A DNA stretch of 64,000 nucleotides from an uncultured Candidatus Saccharibacteria bacterium (GCA_964459635.1 CAYWMQ010000002.1:6776-70775), one strand, 5' to 3'; positions 37,710 through 47,558 are shown, counted from the stretch's first letter. A program made the numbers and translations. Notes: a model not told the origin generated them from the letters alone.

Positions 37710-37720
37710 GGTAAGTCTTT

Positions 37721-38095
37721 CTAAGACATTTTCACATCAATGTTCACACCTGAGGGAAGGGAGAGGTTCGTGAGAGCCTCAATGACTTTCCCCGATGGGT
37801 TCATGATGTCGATAACCCGCTTGTGCACCCTCATCTCGAACTGTTCTCGCGCATCTTTGTCGATGAAGGCCGCGCGGTTTACCGTGTATTTCTTTATTTC
37901 CGTGGGCAGGGGCACCGGGCCGACCACCTCCGCATCGTACCGCATGGCCGTATCCATGATCTGCTTGATGCTCGCGTCGAGTATCTTGTGCTCGTACGCG
38001 CGGATGCGGATGCGGAGCTTCGTTGCGGGCGCCTCTCCCTGCTTGGCCTTCGGGGCCCTTTTGGCGGTCTTGGGTGCGGTAGGAGCTGCTGCCAT
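37721..38095 (-). CDS. rpsJ: 30S ribosomal protein S10 (with an Ala/Pro/Lys-rich N-terminal extension)
   Basis: ...LRIRIRAYEHKILD... S10 core. Confidence 0.9.
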   Translation of the reverse strand: MAAAPTAPKTAKRAPKAKQGEAPATKLRIRIRAYEHKILDASIKQIMDTAMRYDAEVVGPVPLPTEIKKYTVNRAAFIDKDAREQFEMRVHKRVIDIMNPSGKVIEALTNLSLPSGVNIDVKMS

Positions 38096-38116
38096 GGTGG
38101 TGGGAAGCCGCGCCGG

Positions 38117-39322
38117 TTAGGCGACGACCTTTGTTACGACACCTGCGCCAACGGTCTTGCCGCCTTCGCGAATAGCGAAACGCTGCTGTTCCTCAAGCGC
38201 GACAGGAGCCACGAGCTTCACCTTGAAGGTGACGGTGTCACCCGGCATCACCATTTCCACGCCCTCGGCGAGTGTCACCTCACCTGTCACGTCTGTCGTG
38301 CGCACGTAGAACTGGGGCTTGTAACCCGAGAAGAACGGCGTATGGCGGCCACCCTCTTCCTTCTTGAGGATGTATACCTCGGCCTCAAACTCGGTGTGCG
38401 GGGTCACGGAGCCTGTCTTTGCAAGCACCTGGCCGCGATGCACATCATCCTTCTTGGTGCCGCGTAGCAGCACGCCCGCGTTGTCGCCCGCGCGGCCCTC
38501 GTTGAGCTGCTTGTTGAACATTTCAATACCGGTCACCGTGGTCTTGGTGGTGTCCTTGATACCGACGATCTCCACTTCCTCTCCCACCTTCACGATACCG
38601 CGCTCGATGCGGCCCGTGACCACCGTACCGCGGCCTTCAATGGAGAATATGTCCTCGATAGGCATGAGGAAGGGCTTCTCCACATCGCGCACCGGCTCGG
38701 GAATGTAGGTGTCGAGCGTATCAATGAGCTCGATGATCTTCTTCGCCCACTCATCGTCCGCGCTCGTAGCCTCAAGCGCCTTAAGGCCGGAACCGCGAAT
38801 GATAGGCGCGTTCTTGCCGTCAAAGTTGTTCTTGTCGAGAAGCTCGCGGAGCTCTTCTTCAACGAGGTCGAGCATGTCGGGATCGTCCACCATGTCGCAC
38901 TTGTTGAGGAACACGATGATCTTCGGCACACCGACCTGGCGTGCAAGGAGTACGTGCTCACGAGTCTGCGGCATCGCGCCGTCCGTGGCCGCCACCACCA
39001 AGACCGCGCCGTCCATCTGGGCTGCGCCGGTGATCATGTTCTTAATGTAGTCGGCGTGGCCGGGCGCGTCGATGTGCGCGTAGTGCCTGTTCGGCGACTC
39101 GTACTCGCTGTGGTGGAGCGCAATGGTAATACCGCGCGCCTTTTCCTCGGGCGCGTTGTCGATACCGTCAACGCCCTCAATGCGTGCGTTGTAGCCCTTG
39201 TCTTTCGCAAGGTTACCCAGCACATGGAGGATCGCTGCGGTCGTGGTCGTCTTGCCGTGGTCAACGTGGCCGATGGTGCCTACGTTCACGTGCGGCTTGG
39301 ACCGATCGAATGCTTCTGCCAT
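38117..39322 (-). CDS. tuf: Elongation factor Tu
   Basis: [18 protein letters not shown] motifs; start chosen at [11 protein letters not shown] with a GGAAGGAG SD. Confidence 0.95.
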   Translation of the reverse strand: MAEAFDRSKPHVNVGTIGHVDHGKTTTTAAILHVLGNLAKDKGYNARIEGVDGIDNAPEEKARGITIALHHSEYESPNRHYAHIDAPGHADYIKNMITGAAQMDGAVLVVAATDGAMPQTREHVLLARQVGVPKIIVFLNKCDMVDDPDMLDLVEEELRELLDKNNFDGKNAPIIRGSGLKALEATSADDEWAKKIIELIDTLDTYIPEPVRDVEKPFLMPIEDIFSIEGRGTVVTGRIERGIVKVGEEVEIVGIKDTTKTTVTGIEMFNKQLNEGRAGDNAGVLLRGTKKDDVHRGQVLAKTGSVTPHTEFEAEVYILKKEEGGRHTPFFSGYKPQFYVRTTDVTGEVTLAEGVEMVMPGDTVTFKVKLVAPVALEEQQRFAIREGGKTVGAGVVTKVVA

Positions 39323-39514
39323 GGTCGTTCGCGTTATGCTCCTTCCGAAGTTCAGGGCGCGAGAACGGTGCCTCAACACCGGAAGGTGCGGATAATAATT
39401 CGCCCGGGTGTCGCTGCCTGCCGGGTACGTTCGCGTACGCGCTCGATCCGGCTGTGCTCCGCGCCTTCCGCAGAGAGCACAATGACAAAAAACACACGCA
39501 GTGCGGTACACGGC

Positions 39515-39542
39515 ATAATACCGCACAGGCGCTGCAAGTCAA
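39515..39542 (-). promoter_or_regulatory. Candidate tuf promoter (minus-sense TTGACT-16-TATTAT)
   Basis: Seen in the reverse complement of the tuf leader, about 190 nt upstream of the start codon. Confidence 0.5.
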
Positions 39543-39595
39543 GGAAAAGTGAAGTGAGAAGTGGGCAGTGGTTAGTGAAAAGTGAAAAGACTCAT
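39541..39595. repeat. Seven to eight tandem heptad repeats (plus strand AAGTGAn; mRNA sense CACTTnn) directly upstream of the tuf -35
   Basis: gtgaagtgagaagtgggcagtggttagtgaaaagtgaaaag, read directly. Confidence 0.65.
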
Positions 39596-39747
39596 CCTGG
39601 GATATATACGCGTTCCTGCAAAGCACCAAATACAAAATCACAAGCTCCAAGTAAACCACCACGAGCTGACGCTCGCGGTGGTTTACGGTAATTAAACAAA
39701 TCCGCCGGATGCACGAGGCACCCGGCGAATACGAAGATCTGCTGTGG

Positions 39748-41274
39748 CTATAGGCACCGTTCGCACATATCTGCAACGGGGCTTCGCTCCCCATGCTGTA
39801 AGATGACGTGCCCGTAGAGGGGGTTGCCATACAGTTTGACCGCTACGTGGGCGAGACCGCAGTTGCTTGGCGAGAGATATTTATTGTCCAACTGAGCGAA
39901 GTTGCCCAGGACGACAATTTTAGATCCCAGTCCAATGCGGGTTCCAATGGTCTTCGCCTGATGTGGCGTGAGGTTTTGTACCTCATCCACAGTCACAAAC
40001 GCCCGTGTATAGCTGCGCCCACGCACAAACGCGAATAAGTTGACCTCGAATAGGCCCGCCAGCGTCCGCTCCATTTGTTGCTGTTGGGCGCGCTTGGTGT
40101 TTTCAGTACCGGCGGTGGGTCCGTCACTCTTGCCACGACGCCCGTTCCCTTGCCTATGTACCTGCTCCGTCAAGGCTTCTGCTATGATCTCAAGGTTGTC
40201 GTACAGCGCCTTGTGCCACGGTGTGCCCTTCCCAGGCTCATCCCCCGGAAGTGCACCCGGATCAGTATCAACCGGGACCATGGCACGAGTGACAACAGCC
40301 TTGCGATACCGTCCGACAGCATGCGGTGGCTTAGACGAATGCATATCAAAGGCGACGTTCTGCGCGACCGCGGCGGCTGCCGTCATGAGGCTTTTACCTG
40401 TCCCCGCCCTTCCTATTAAGGTTACGAACGGGATGGTGGGGTCCATGAGCAAGTTCAACGCAGCTATTTGCTCGGCACTTCTTGCACAAATACCGGCCAC
40501 GTTGTTCTGCGGAAGCGAGTAGTCTACGGACCGCTCCAGAAGAACGTGGTCGTCGTGGATTTGACGCACAATGAAGTGCCGGCCGTCGCCGTATAGGAAG
40601 TTGTTAATCTGCACAGGCGCAGGAAGTGCTAGCTCATCCGTCTTGAGCCGAAAAAGCTTGCGTGGGTTTCCTTCACCACCCGCAGCCACCAGATGCTCCC
40701 AATACGCACTGTGTAACTTCACAAGGCCGGTCTCAAGCACGTCCGTGTCTTTGATTACCATGTCGCTCTGGTAATCCTCGACATGCACCCCCAGCGCATC
40801 TGCTTGGATGCGCATATTATTATCGTTTGATACCAGCACCACATCGCGGTACGCGTGGCCCAGGTACTCATTCGACAGAAGCTTTGCTCCGGCGATGATC
40901 CTGTCGTCTGCACTTGCTTCGTCAAGCGCCAGCATGCGGACCATCTCACACACGGGAGCGGTGATGATAATCAACTGACTCTCCGTGGAAGAGTCTCCCC
41001 CGTTGGTCGGGTACCGCTTCCCAATGTTGGGCAGTACCACGGTGCCCTTCGCTTGGGCGTTGCGCCCGGTAATGTTCGTAATAATACGCGACACCTCGCG
41101 CGCATTCTGCGCAACATCGCTATCCCCAAGCTTGACCCCCGTTTTTTTTCGATCAAGCTCTTTAAGAACCGTGATCGAAATGGCCACGTCGTGAGGAGCA
41201 AACCTGTATATGGCCTGTGGATCGTGCAAAAGCACGCTCGTATCCAACACGAAAAGCTTCTTCGCGACGTCCAT
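39748..41274 (-). CDS. PhoH-like ATPase with N-terminal PIN domain (YlaK-like)
   Basis: N-terminal FVLDTSVLLHDP PIN motif; central GRAGTGKS Walker A of PhoH-family ATPases. Confidence 0.8.
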   Translation of the reverse strand: MDVAKKLFVLDTSVLLHDPQAIYRFAPHDVAISITVLKELDRKKTGVKLGDSDVAQNAREVSRIITNITGRNAQAKGTVVLPNIGKRYPTNGGDSSTESQLIIITAPVCEMVRMLALDEASADDRIIAGAKLLSNEYLGHAYRDVVLVSNDNNMRIQADALGVHVEDYQSDMVIKDTDVLETGLVKLHSAYWEHLVAAGGEGNPRKLFRLKTDELALPAPVQINNFLYGDGRHFIVRQIHDDHVLLERSVDYSLPQNNVAGICARSAEQIAALNLLMDPTIPFVTLIGRAGTGKSLMTAAAAVAQNVAFDMHSSKPPHAVGRYRKAVVTRAMVPVDTDPGALPGDEPGKGTPWHKALYDNLEIIAEALTEQVHRQGNGRRGKSDGPTAGTENTKRAQQQQMERTLAGLFEVNLFAFVRGRSYTRAFVTVDEVQNLTPHQAKTIGTRIGLGSKIVVLGNFAQLDNKYLSPSNCGLAHVAVKLYGNPLYGHVILQHGERSPVADMCERCL

Positions 41275-41416
41275 AGCCCACCTTTCTCAGTTTGTGATGA
41301 TCTACCTGCTCGAAGACTACCCCACCCGTGGCGATATGCAAGCTGCACGGGATGTCACCCGCACACAACCCGCTCAACGTAGAGCGGGCTTGTGAGATGT
41401 GACACCAGGACAGCAA

Positions 41417-43567
41417 CTATACGCCGCGCGCCTTCACGATATCCGCCGCAACGTTCGGCGGTACGACCGCATAGTGGTCGAACTCCATGGTCATTTGGCC
41501 GCGACCTTCCGTCATAGAGCGCAGTGTCGTTGTGTAGCCGAACATTTCCGACAGCGGCACCTTTGCGTGCACCGCCACCGCCATACCGCGCGGCTCCTGG
41601 CCCTCTATCTGCCCGCGCTTGCTCGCGAGGTGGCCGTTGATGTCGCCCATGAACTTATCGGGCACCACCACCTCGACCTTCATAATGGGCTCAAGGAGCA
41701 CGGCGCCCGCTTTCTTCGCGGCATCCTGGAATGCCTGACTGCCCGCTATTTTGAATGCTATTTCGCTTGAGTCCACCTCGTGGTACGAACCGTCGTACAG
41801 GTCGCAGGAAATGTCCACCATCTTGTAGCCCGCCACAACACCTCTATCCATCGCCTCGCGCACGCCCTTCTGCACCGCAGGGATGTACTCGTTGGGGATG
41901 ACACCGCCCTTGATGTTGTTGATAAACTCGAAGTGGTCTTCGCGTGTCGTGTTGTTCGGTATCTTGGCTCCCTCTTCAATGGCCACGAGCGGTTTGAGGC
42001 GCAGCTTCACATGGCCATACTGTCCGCGGCCGCCCGTCTGCTTGATGTACTTACACTCCGCCTCCGCCTCGCGCTGTATGGTCTCACGGTACGCCACCTG
42101 CGGCCGGCCTATGTTTGCTTCCACCTTGAACTCGCGCTTCATGCGGTCCACGAGTATTTCAAGGTGGAGCTCACCCATGCCCGAGATGATGGTTTCGCCG
42201 GTTTCTTCGTCCGAGGTGATGCGGAATGTCGGGTCTTCGTCGGCAAGCTTCTTAAGCGCAAGACCCATCTTCTCTTGGTCCGCCTTTGTTTTCGGCTCAA
42301 TGCGCACCGACACGACCGGCTCAGGGAAGACTATCTGCTCCAGCACGATAGGGTTTCCCTCGTCGCAGAGCGTGTGGCTCGTCTTCGTATCCTTGAGGCC
42401 CACTGCAGCGGCGATCTCTCCCGCAAAGACCTGCTTCACTTCCTCGCGCTTGTCGGCCTGCAGGCGCACGATACGGCCCAGGCGCTCCTTGTTGCCGGTC
42501 GTGCTGTTGTAGATGTAGGAGCCCGCCTCTACGGAGCCCGAGTACACGCGGAAGAAGGTGAGGCTGCCCACGAACGGGTCGGTCTGGATCTTGAACGCAA
42601 GCGCACAGAAAGGCTCGTCGTCGGTCGCGTGGCGCTCTATCTCGTCGCCCGTACGCGGGTCGGTGCCCTTCACGGCGGGTAGGTCGAGCGGCGAGGGCAG
42701 GTAGTCCACCACGCCGTCAAGTACGAGCTGCACGCCCTTGTTCTTGAGCGCAGAGCCCGTGTACACGGGGAAGATCTCGTTCTTGATGACCGCACTGCGC
42801 AGTATGCGCTGCAGCTCCTCTACAGACGGCTCGGTACCCTCAAAAAATGCGTTCATCGCCGCTTCGTCGTGCTCCACGATGCGCTCCACGAGCTCTGCGC
42901 GATACTTCTCCACATCCGCCTTGAGCGCCTCGGGAATATCAGCCGTCTTGCGCACCTCGTTGCCCATATTGCCCTCAAAGTACACCGCCTGCCGGGTGAG
43001 CAGGTCTACCACTCCCTCATGCGCGTCCTCTTCGCCTATCGGGATCTGCATGCGCACCGCTTTCTTCGAGAGCCGGTCCAAAATGGACGCGTACGAACGC
43101 TCGAACGATGCGCCGGTGCGGTCGAGCTTGTTGATGAAACAAATGCGCGGCACATTTGCCTCGTCGGCGTAGCGCCAGTTTGTCTCGCTCTGCGGCTCCA
43201 CACCCGCCACACCGTCAAAGACGACGACCGCACCGTCGAGGACGCGCATGGAGCGCTTCACCTCAGCGGTAAAGTCGATGTGTCCCGGTGTGTCGATGAT
43301 GTTGAAACGGCTCTTTTTGGCCTGGTCTTTCGCATCCTCGCCCGTCTTTGTCCAGAAGCACGTAATGGCGGCGGAGGTGATGGTAATGCCGCGCTCACGC
43401 TCCTGCTCCATCCAGTCGGTCACGGTCTCTCCCTCGTGCACCTCACCTATTTTGTGGCTCATGCCCGTGTAGAAGAGCACACGCTCACTCGTGGTGGTTT
43501 TGCCGGCATCGATGTGAGCGATGATGCCAAAGTTACGGACGCGCTCCAGGGGATAATCACGACTCAT
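41417..43567 (-). CDS. fusA: Elongation factor G
   Basis: MSRDYPLERVRNFGIIAHIDAGKTT start chosen; GTPase and domain IV/V sequences. Confidence 0.95.
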   Translation of the reverse strand: MSRDYPLERVRNFGIIAHIDAGKTTTSERVLFYTGMSHKIGEVHEGETVTDWMEQERERGITITSAAITCFWTKTGEDAKDQAKKSRFNIIDTPGHIDFTAEVKRSMRVLDGAVVVFDGVAGVEPQSETNWRYADEANVPRICFINKLDRTGASFERSYASILDRLSKKAVRMQIPIGEEDAHEGVVDLLTRQAVYFEGNMGNEVRKTADIPEALKADVEKYRAELVERIVEHDEAAMNAFFEGTEPSVEELQRILRSAVIKNEIFPVYTGSALKNKGVQLVLDGVVDYLPSPLDLPAVKGTDPRTGDEIERHATDDEPFCALAFKIQTDPFVGSLTFFRVYSGSVEAGSYIYNSTTGNKERLGRIVRLQADKREEVKQVFAGEIAAAVGLKDTKTSHTLCDEGNPIVLEQIVFPEPVVSVRIEPKTKADQEKMGLALKKLADEDPTFRITSDEETGETIISGMGELHLEILVDRMKREFKVEANIGRPQVAYRETIQREAEAECKYIKQTGGRGQYGHVKLRLKPLVAIEEGAKIPNNTTREDHFEFINNIKGGVIPNEYIPAVQKGVREAMDRGVVAGYKMVDISCDLYDGSYHEVDSSEIAFKIAGSQAFQDAAKKAGAVLLEPIMKVEVVVPDKFMGDINGHLASKRGQIEGQEPRGMAVAVHAKVPLSEMFGYTTTLRSMTEGRGQMTMEFDHYAVVPPNVAADIVKARGV

Positions 43568-43741
43568 ATGACAGGATGCTAATTTTACTAATGACGTACG
43601 AATGCAACGAATAATTGACCCGTACGGTATGAATAAAAATCCGCGCAACGCGGTAGGTGACGACACTATACCGTGCGTTGACGGAATACTCAAGAGGTGA
43701 TTAGGTGTGGGCAGACGCAACAGCTGGGAAGGACGTGCGTA

Positions 43742-44233
43742 ATGAACGTAATCTGTAGGGGCATCTTAACGCGCTGGCCTGTCGTCAAAACCAGAATCTA
43801 CGACGACCATGAGAACGGCATAATTTTTGCGCAGAACGACCCTGAATTACTCAAGTTCGTGGCAACAAGAAAAATGACGCAAATCGTCGCGCAATTGCTT
43901 GGCCTGCGACTCTATGCGGGCTCTGACGACACACGTGTGGATTGGACCGACCGGTACGCAATAGAAGTGCCCATCAGTACCTCGGGTATGGAAACGCGTG
44001 AGCCTGAGCGGTTTGCTCTAGTTGTACCGAACTATGATGCTCGTATTGAAACCTCGGAGACCATTGTCCGCGTGCCCATTGACGAAATCGATTCTACAGA
44101 CTTGCCGGCTGTCACACAGGCGATTTGTGACGCGGTTCAAAAGGCACGGGAACCGCACGAAGCACGAGCAAAAATATACGAAGCACGAGCAAAAATATAT
44201 CGTGTGGTTGAGGAACTCTTTGCATCTACCTAG
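43742..44233 (+). CDS. Hypothetical protein (164 aa) in lower-GC insert
   Basis: ORF carrying an internal 21-bp tandem duplication (44158..44199) that encodes EARAKIYEARAKIY; intrinsic terminator at 44266..44297. Confidence 0.4.
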   Translation: MNVICRGILTRWPVVKTRIYDDHENGIIFAQNDPELLKFVATRKMTQIVAQLLGLRLYAGSDDTRVDWTDRYAIEVPISTSGMETREPERFALVVPNYDARIETSETIVRVPIDEIDSTDLPAVTQAICDAVQKAREPHEARAKIYEARAKIYRVVEELFAST

Positions 44234-44487
44234 TCCGTTGCTAGATTCGACCACCTGATTTAAGAAGCGGAGCCGCACAGCAGCTCCGCTTTTTTTGGCG
44301 ACCCACAGCAAAGAAGTTCCGTGGAACAAAGAAGCGATGTGTTGGGATAAGCGTATGTTGGATTGGGGTGAGTGAGGGTGACAACGACCGCGTACACGCG
44401 AGCACGTGCGGCGAATTGAACGAACAACCGTTGACGCTGCGCCTATACGCAGATAGGCTCAAAATAGTCACAGGGAGCACGTATGCA

Positions 44488-44697
44488 ATGTGTTGTAACT
44501 CGTCACTTTTCGGACTCGGCTTTTGGGCGATCGGACGGTTTCCCACGGACACAGACGCACGCGGCACATTTTGGATGTCAGGCGGATACACCTTTGCGGT
44601 GCGACCCGATGGAATACGCATGCAGGCCAACGGCAACCGCTCCTGTGAACTCATGGGTTTGGGCTATGTGGAGCGTGAATTCAATCGTGCGGCATAG
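44488..44697 (+). CDS. Small hypothetical protein (about 69 aa; start uncertain)
   Basis: ORF ends 5 nt before a strong terminator (44703..44728). An overlapping alternative frame exists, so reading-frame choice is uncertain. Confidence 0.3.
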   Translation: MCCNSSLFGLGFWAIGRFPTDTDARGTFWMSGGYTFAVRPDGIRMQANGNRSCELMGLGYVEREFNRAA

Positions 44698-44807
44698 TGT
44701 CACGCGGCGCCTCGGCGCCGCTTTTTATATTTGACTTTTCTTCAGAGAAGTTGTATCATGAATTAGGCACACAAAACATACACGCAGTGGAAGTGGGAGC
44801 ACACACG

Positions 44808-45299
44808 ATGGAAGTTTTCGTTCGGGAAACCGGCAAAAAGCCGGTCATTGCTACGCTTGAGGGACAGTCTCTCAAGTACACATCGTCAGATGGTGCTACT
44901 CGCAGAGTTGAGGTCGCTGGCGAGGCGATTGTGGGGCTGAAGCGTTTGTCCGAACTTGGCAGCTTATATCCCGCCTCCCGTGATCTTATTCTCGTCGTCG
45001 ATCGCGCAGACGAGCCCGTCACCCATGTGCAGCCTGAAATATGGCTGATGGCATCAGAAACGCAGGTGCACATGCACTTTGCCTCATTGCCGGCGTGGTC
45101 CTTGCACTGGTACGGTGGCGAACGCACGCAGGAACAAGAACTGTGGCATCTTGCCGACACCTTAGCCGAAGGGGCATTAGATTTTGCGTCTGCTATTGCG
45201 ATGCTCGACGTACTCTGTGCGAACCTTCGCACACGTGCCCATGAGGTGCTGGTGTCTAAATGCCAGAAATTAGAACGGGGCGAAAACACAGCTGACTAA
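44808..45299 (+). CDS. Hypothetical protein (163 aa) in lower-GC insert
   Basis: SD GGAAGTGGGAG upstream of MEVFVRETG; terminator at 45331..45361. Confidence 0.4.
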   Translation: MEVFVRETGKKPVIATLEGQSLKYTSSDGATRRVEVAGEAIVGLKRLSELGSLYPASRDLILVVDRADEPVTHVQPEIWLMASETQVHMHFASLPAWSLHWYGGERTQEQELWHLADTLAEGALDFASAIAMLDVLCANLRTRAHEVLVSKCQKLERGENTAD

Positions 45300-45630
45300 G
45301 TATTACGTAGCAGATAAGCAAACGGTTGGACGCGGCACCGAAGTGCCGCGTTTCTTTTTTTTACTGCAACAGAAAAGGCGCTCCAAGCGCTGTCTCCGCG
45401 GTAATCCGCGTACAATCCGCGTTGCACCTGCGTCCCGTCCGCGACCACGCAAAGTGCGTATCCCACACCAGTTTTGTGGATGGGACGGCGGCAGCGCACT
45501 CGCCAAACTACGTAAGGCTCGGCCTATTCCGGCTCTGCGCTGCAAGACATGAACATGCGCTTGTGGTGCACTGGCTAAAGTAATGGCTACAGCGGCAAAA
45601 CTGATGCAGGACGCTGCACATGCTAGCTAA

Positions 45631-45660
45631 AAATAAAACCCTGTCGGGGTTCTATTTTTA
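45631..45660. terminator. Bidirectional intrinsic terminator at the end of the rpsL-rpsG transcript
   Basis: aaccc-tgtc-ggggtt hairpin flanked by A/T runs on both strands. Confidence 0.65.
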
Positions 45661-46128
45661 CCAAGCGAAGTGCGCGAATGCTCTGTTGGCCTCGGCCATC
45701 TTGTGTACGTTTTCGCGCTTCTTAATAGCCTCGCCTTCATTCTTGGCTGCCGCCACTATTTCTTGTGCAAGAAACTTCGACGCGGGGCCACCGCTCTTTG
45801 AGCGGGCTGCAAGGAGGATCCAGCGCATCGCGAGCGCCTGGCGACGCTCAGGGCGTACCTCACGCGGCACTTGGTAGTTGGCGCCTCCGACACGGCGGCT
45901 GCGCACCTCTACCGTAGGACCTACGTTCCGGATAGCATCCTCGAATATTGCGAGTGGGTCTTCCGTTTCAGCTATCTTCTTTATGTCTTCAAATGCATCG
46001 TACACCACCTTGCGCGCGGTCTCTTTTTTTCCGTCGAGCATGACGCAATTGATAAACTTCGAAACACGCTCGCTCTTGTAGCGCACATCCGGAGCAATGC
46101 TGAGTTTTTTCTTGATGGGTCGACGCAT
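45658..46128 (-). CDS. rpsG: 30S ribosomal protein S7
   Basis: 156 aa, S7 signature. Confidence 0.9.
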   Translation of the reverse strand: MRRPIKKKLSIAPDVRYKSERVSKFINCVMLDGKKETARKVVYDAFEDIKKIAETEDPLAIFEDAIRNVGPTVEVRSRRVGGANYQVPREVRPERRQALAMRWILLAARSKSGGPASKFLAQEIVAAAKNEGEAIKKRENVHKMAEANRAFAHFAW

Positions 46129-46174
46129 ATCTCGATACTAATCTACGAATTTCTACGAATACTGCGAATTAATG

Positions 46175-46591
46175 CTACTTTGCCGCCTTCGGGCGCTTTG
46201 CACCGTACATGGAGCGGCTCTTGCGGCGCTTGTCCACACCGGCGGCATCGAGCTTACCGCGCACCACCGTGTAGCGGATGTTGACGTCCTTCACACGGCC
46301 GCCGCGGATGAGCACCACCGAGTGCTCCTGCAAGTTGTGTCCTTCGCCGGGAATATACGCTGATACTTCCATGCCGTTACTGAGGCGCACGCGGGCGTAC
46401 TTACGTATAGCGGAGTTAGGCTTGCGGGGCGTCTTGGTCGTCACCTTCACACACACACCACGCTTGAAAGGCGCCGCGTAGTAGGTCGGCTTGTTTTTGA
46501 GCACGTTGAAACCGCGACCGAGTGCGGGCACTTTCGACTTCCGTGTCCTGTCCTGACGGGGCTTGCGTACAAGCTGGTTTATCGTTGCCAT
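46175..46591 (-). CDS. rpsL: 30S ribosomal protein S12
   Basis: [12 protein letters not shown]...PKKPNSA.RK..RV.L. Confidence 0.95.
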   Translation of the reverse strand: MATINQLVRKPRQDRTRKSKVPALGRGFNVLKNKPTYYAAPFKRGVCVKVTTKTPRKPNSAIRKYARVRLSNGMEVSAYIPGEGHNLQEHSVVLIRGGRVKDVNIRYTVVRGKLDAAGVDKRRKSRSMYGAKRPKAAK

Positions 46592-46689
46592 GTGAGTATA
46601 CCGCGCATCTCACGCAGTGCGCACTACTGTACTACAGTGCCCGCTACGATGCAAGCACATACACGGGGTCCGCTTGTCCTACACAAGGT

Positions 46690-47496
46690 TTACCGCATGC
46701 GGCCTCCCTTCCGAGCACTGCGCCATAGGTGGTCAAACTGTTGCGCCATAATCTCTGCCATATCCGCGCTTTCAACCGTCATGGCGTAATGCTCGCGATC
46801 AGAAGCTATGAACGTGACCTTTGTACCGTATACGCCGTACCCCATGGCCGCGGTGAGCTCGGGGGGCGCGATGCGAACTTCGCGCAGCGCCTCAGCATCT
46901 AAACGACGCGAGAGACGCGGGTCAGCAGGCTTCGGCATGTGCGATGCGGGCCATAGTACGCGAATGGAAATGTTCCTGCGTATGCGTTCCGACCGGTACT
47001 CCTCAAATATTTCGCCCGGAATAGCGTGGCGCATACTCCTCACCGGCCAGTACCAGCGCACAAGCGTGCCTGCTCGCAGTATGCCGGCAAAAACAGCACG
47101 GTATGCGCGCACACTGTCGGCAATGAAAAAACGGGGCGTGGCATGTGGCGTGGGCACCGCGCGCGTCAGTAACTCACCGAGCCCACGCGTAGCTGCAGCA
47201 AGGCTGCGCTGCCGCTCATCCGCCCAGCCACGTATTGCGGCTTGGTCCGCCGCAACGAACACCGGAGCTTCCCCTGTGTGTGCCTTGAGCACCAAACCCT
47301 GCTCTTCGAGCCAACGCAGGTGGTCGTACACGCTGGTACGGGGCATGTTGAGCATACGGGCTATATGCAGCGCGGTTGTGCCATTTTCACTGTGCAAAAT
47401 GGCACCAAATACGCGCGTCGCATGCCAGCTGCAGCCGAGCGGCGCCATATGCTCATGCAACGCGGCCACAAAGTCGGTGTCGCTTTTTGTCGACAT
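46690..47496 (-). CDS. TrmB-family HTH transcriptional regulator
   Basis: Winged-helix N-terminus TALHIARMLNMPRTSVYDHLRWLEEQGLV followed by a TrmB-like C-terminal domain. Confidence 0.55.
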   Translation of the reverse strand: MSTKSDTDFVAALHEHMAPLGCSWHATRVFGAILHSENGTTALHIARMLNMPRTSVYDHLRWLEEQGLVLKAHTGEAPVFVAADQAAIRGWADERQRSLAAATRGLGELLTRAVPTPHATPRFFIADSVRAYRAVFAGILRAGTLVRWYWPVRSMRHAIPGEIFEEYRSERIRRNISIRVLWPASHMPKPADPRLSRRLDAEALREVRIAPPELTAAMGYGVYGTKVTFIASDREHYAMTVESADMAEIMAQQFDHLWRSARKGGRMR

Positions 47497-47558
47497 ATGT
47501 ACAGTATAGCGACTCGCGCGTACGGTGCAAAGAGACACGTACATGGAGGGTCAGTACG

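Noticed and set aside
38954-39691. 245-aa plus-strand ORF
   Set aside because: It is antisense to tuf and its leader; the composition is Arg-rich. tuf is unambiguous on the minus strand.
44483-44734. Alternative frame MQCVVTRHF... for the middle gene of the fusA-rpsG insert
   Set aside because: This frame reads straight through the intrinsic terminator hairpin (44703..44728). The competing frame stops 5 nt before the hairpin, which is the expected gene-then-terminator geometry. The SD position fits either frame, so uncertainty remains.
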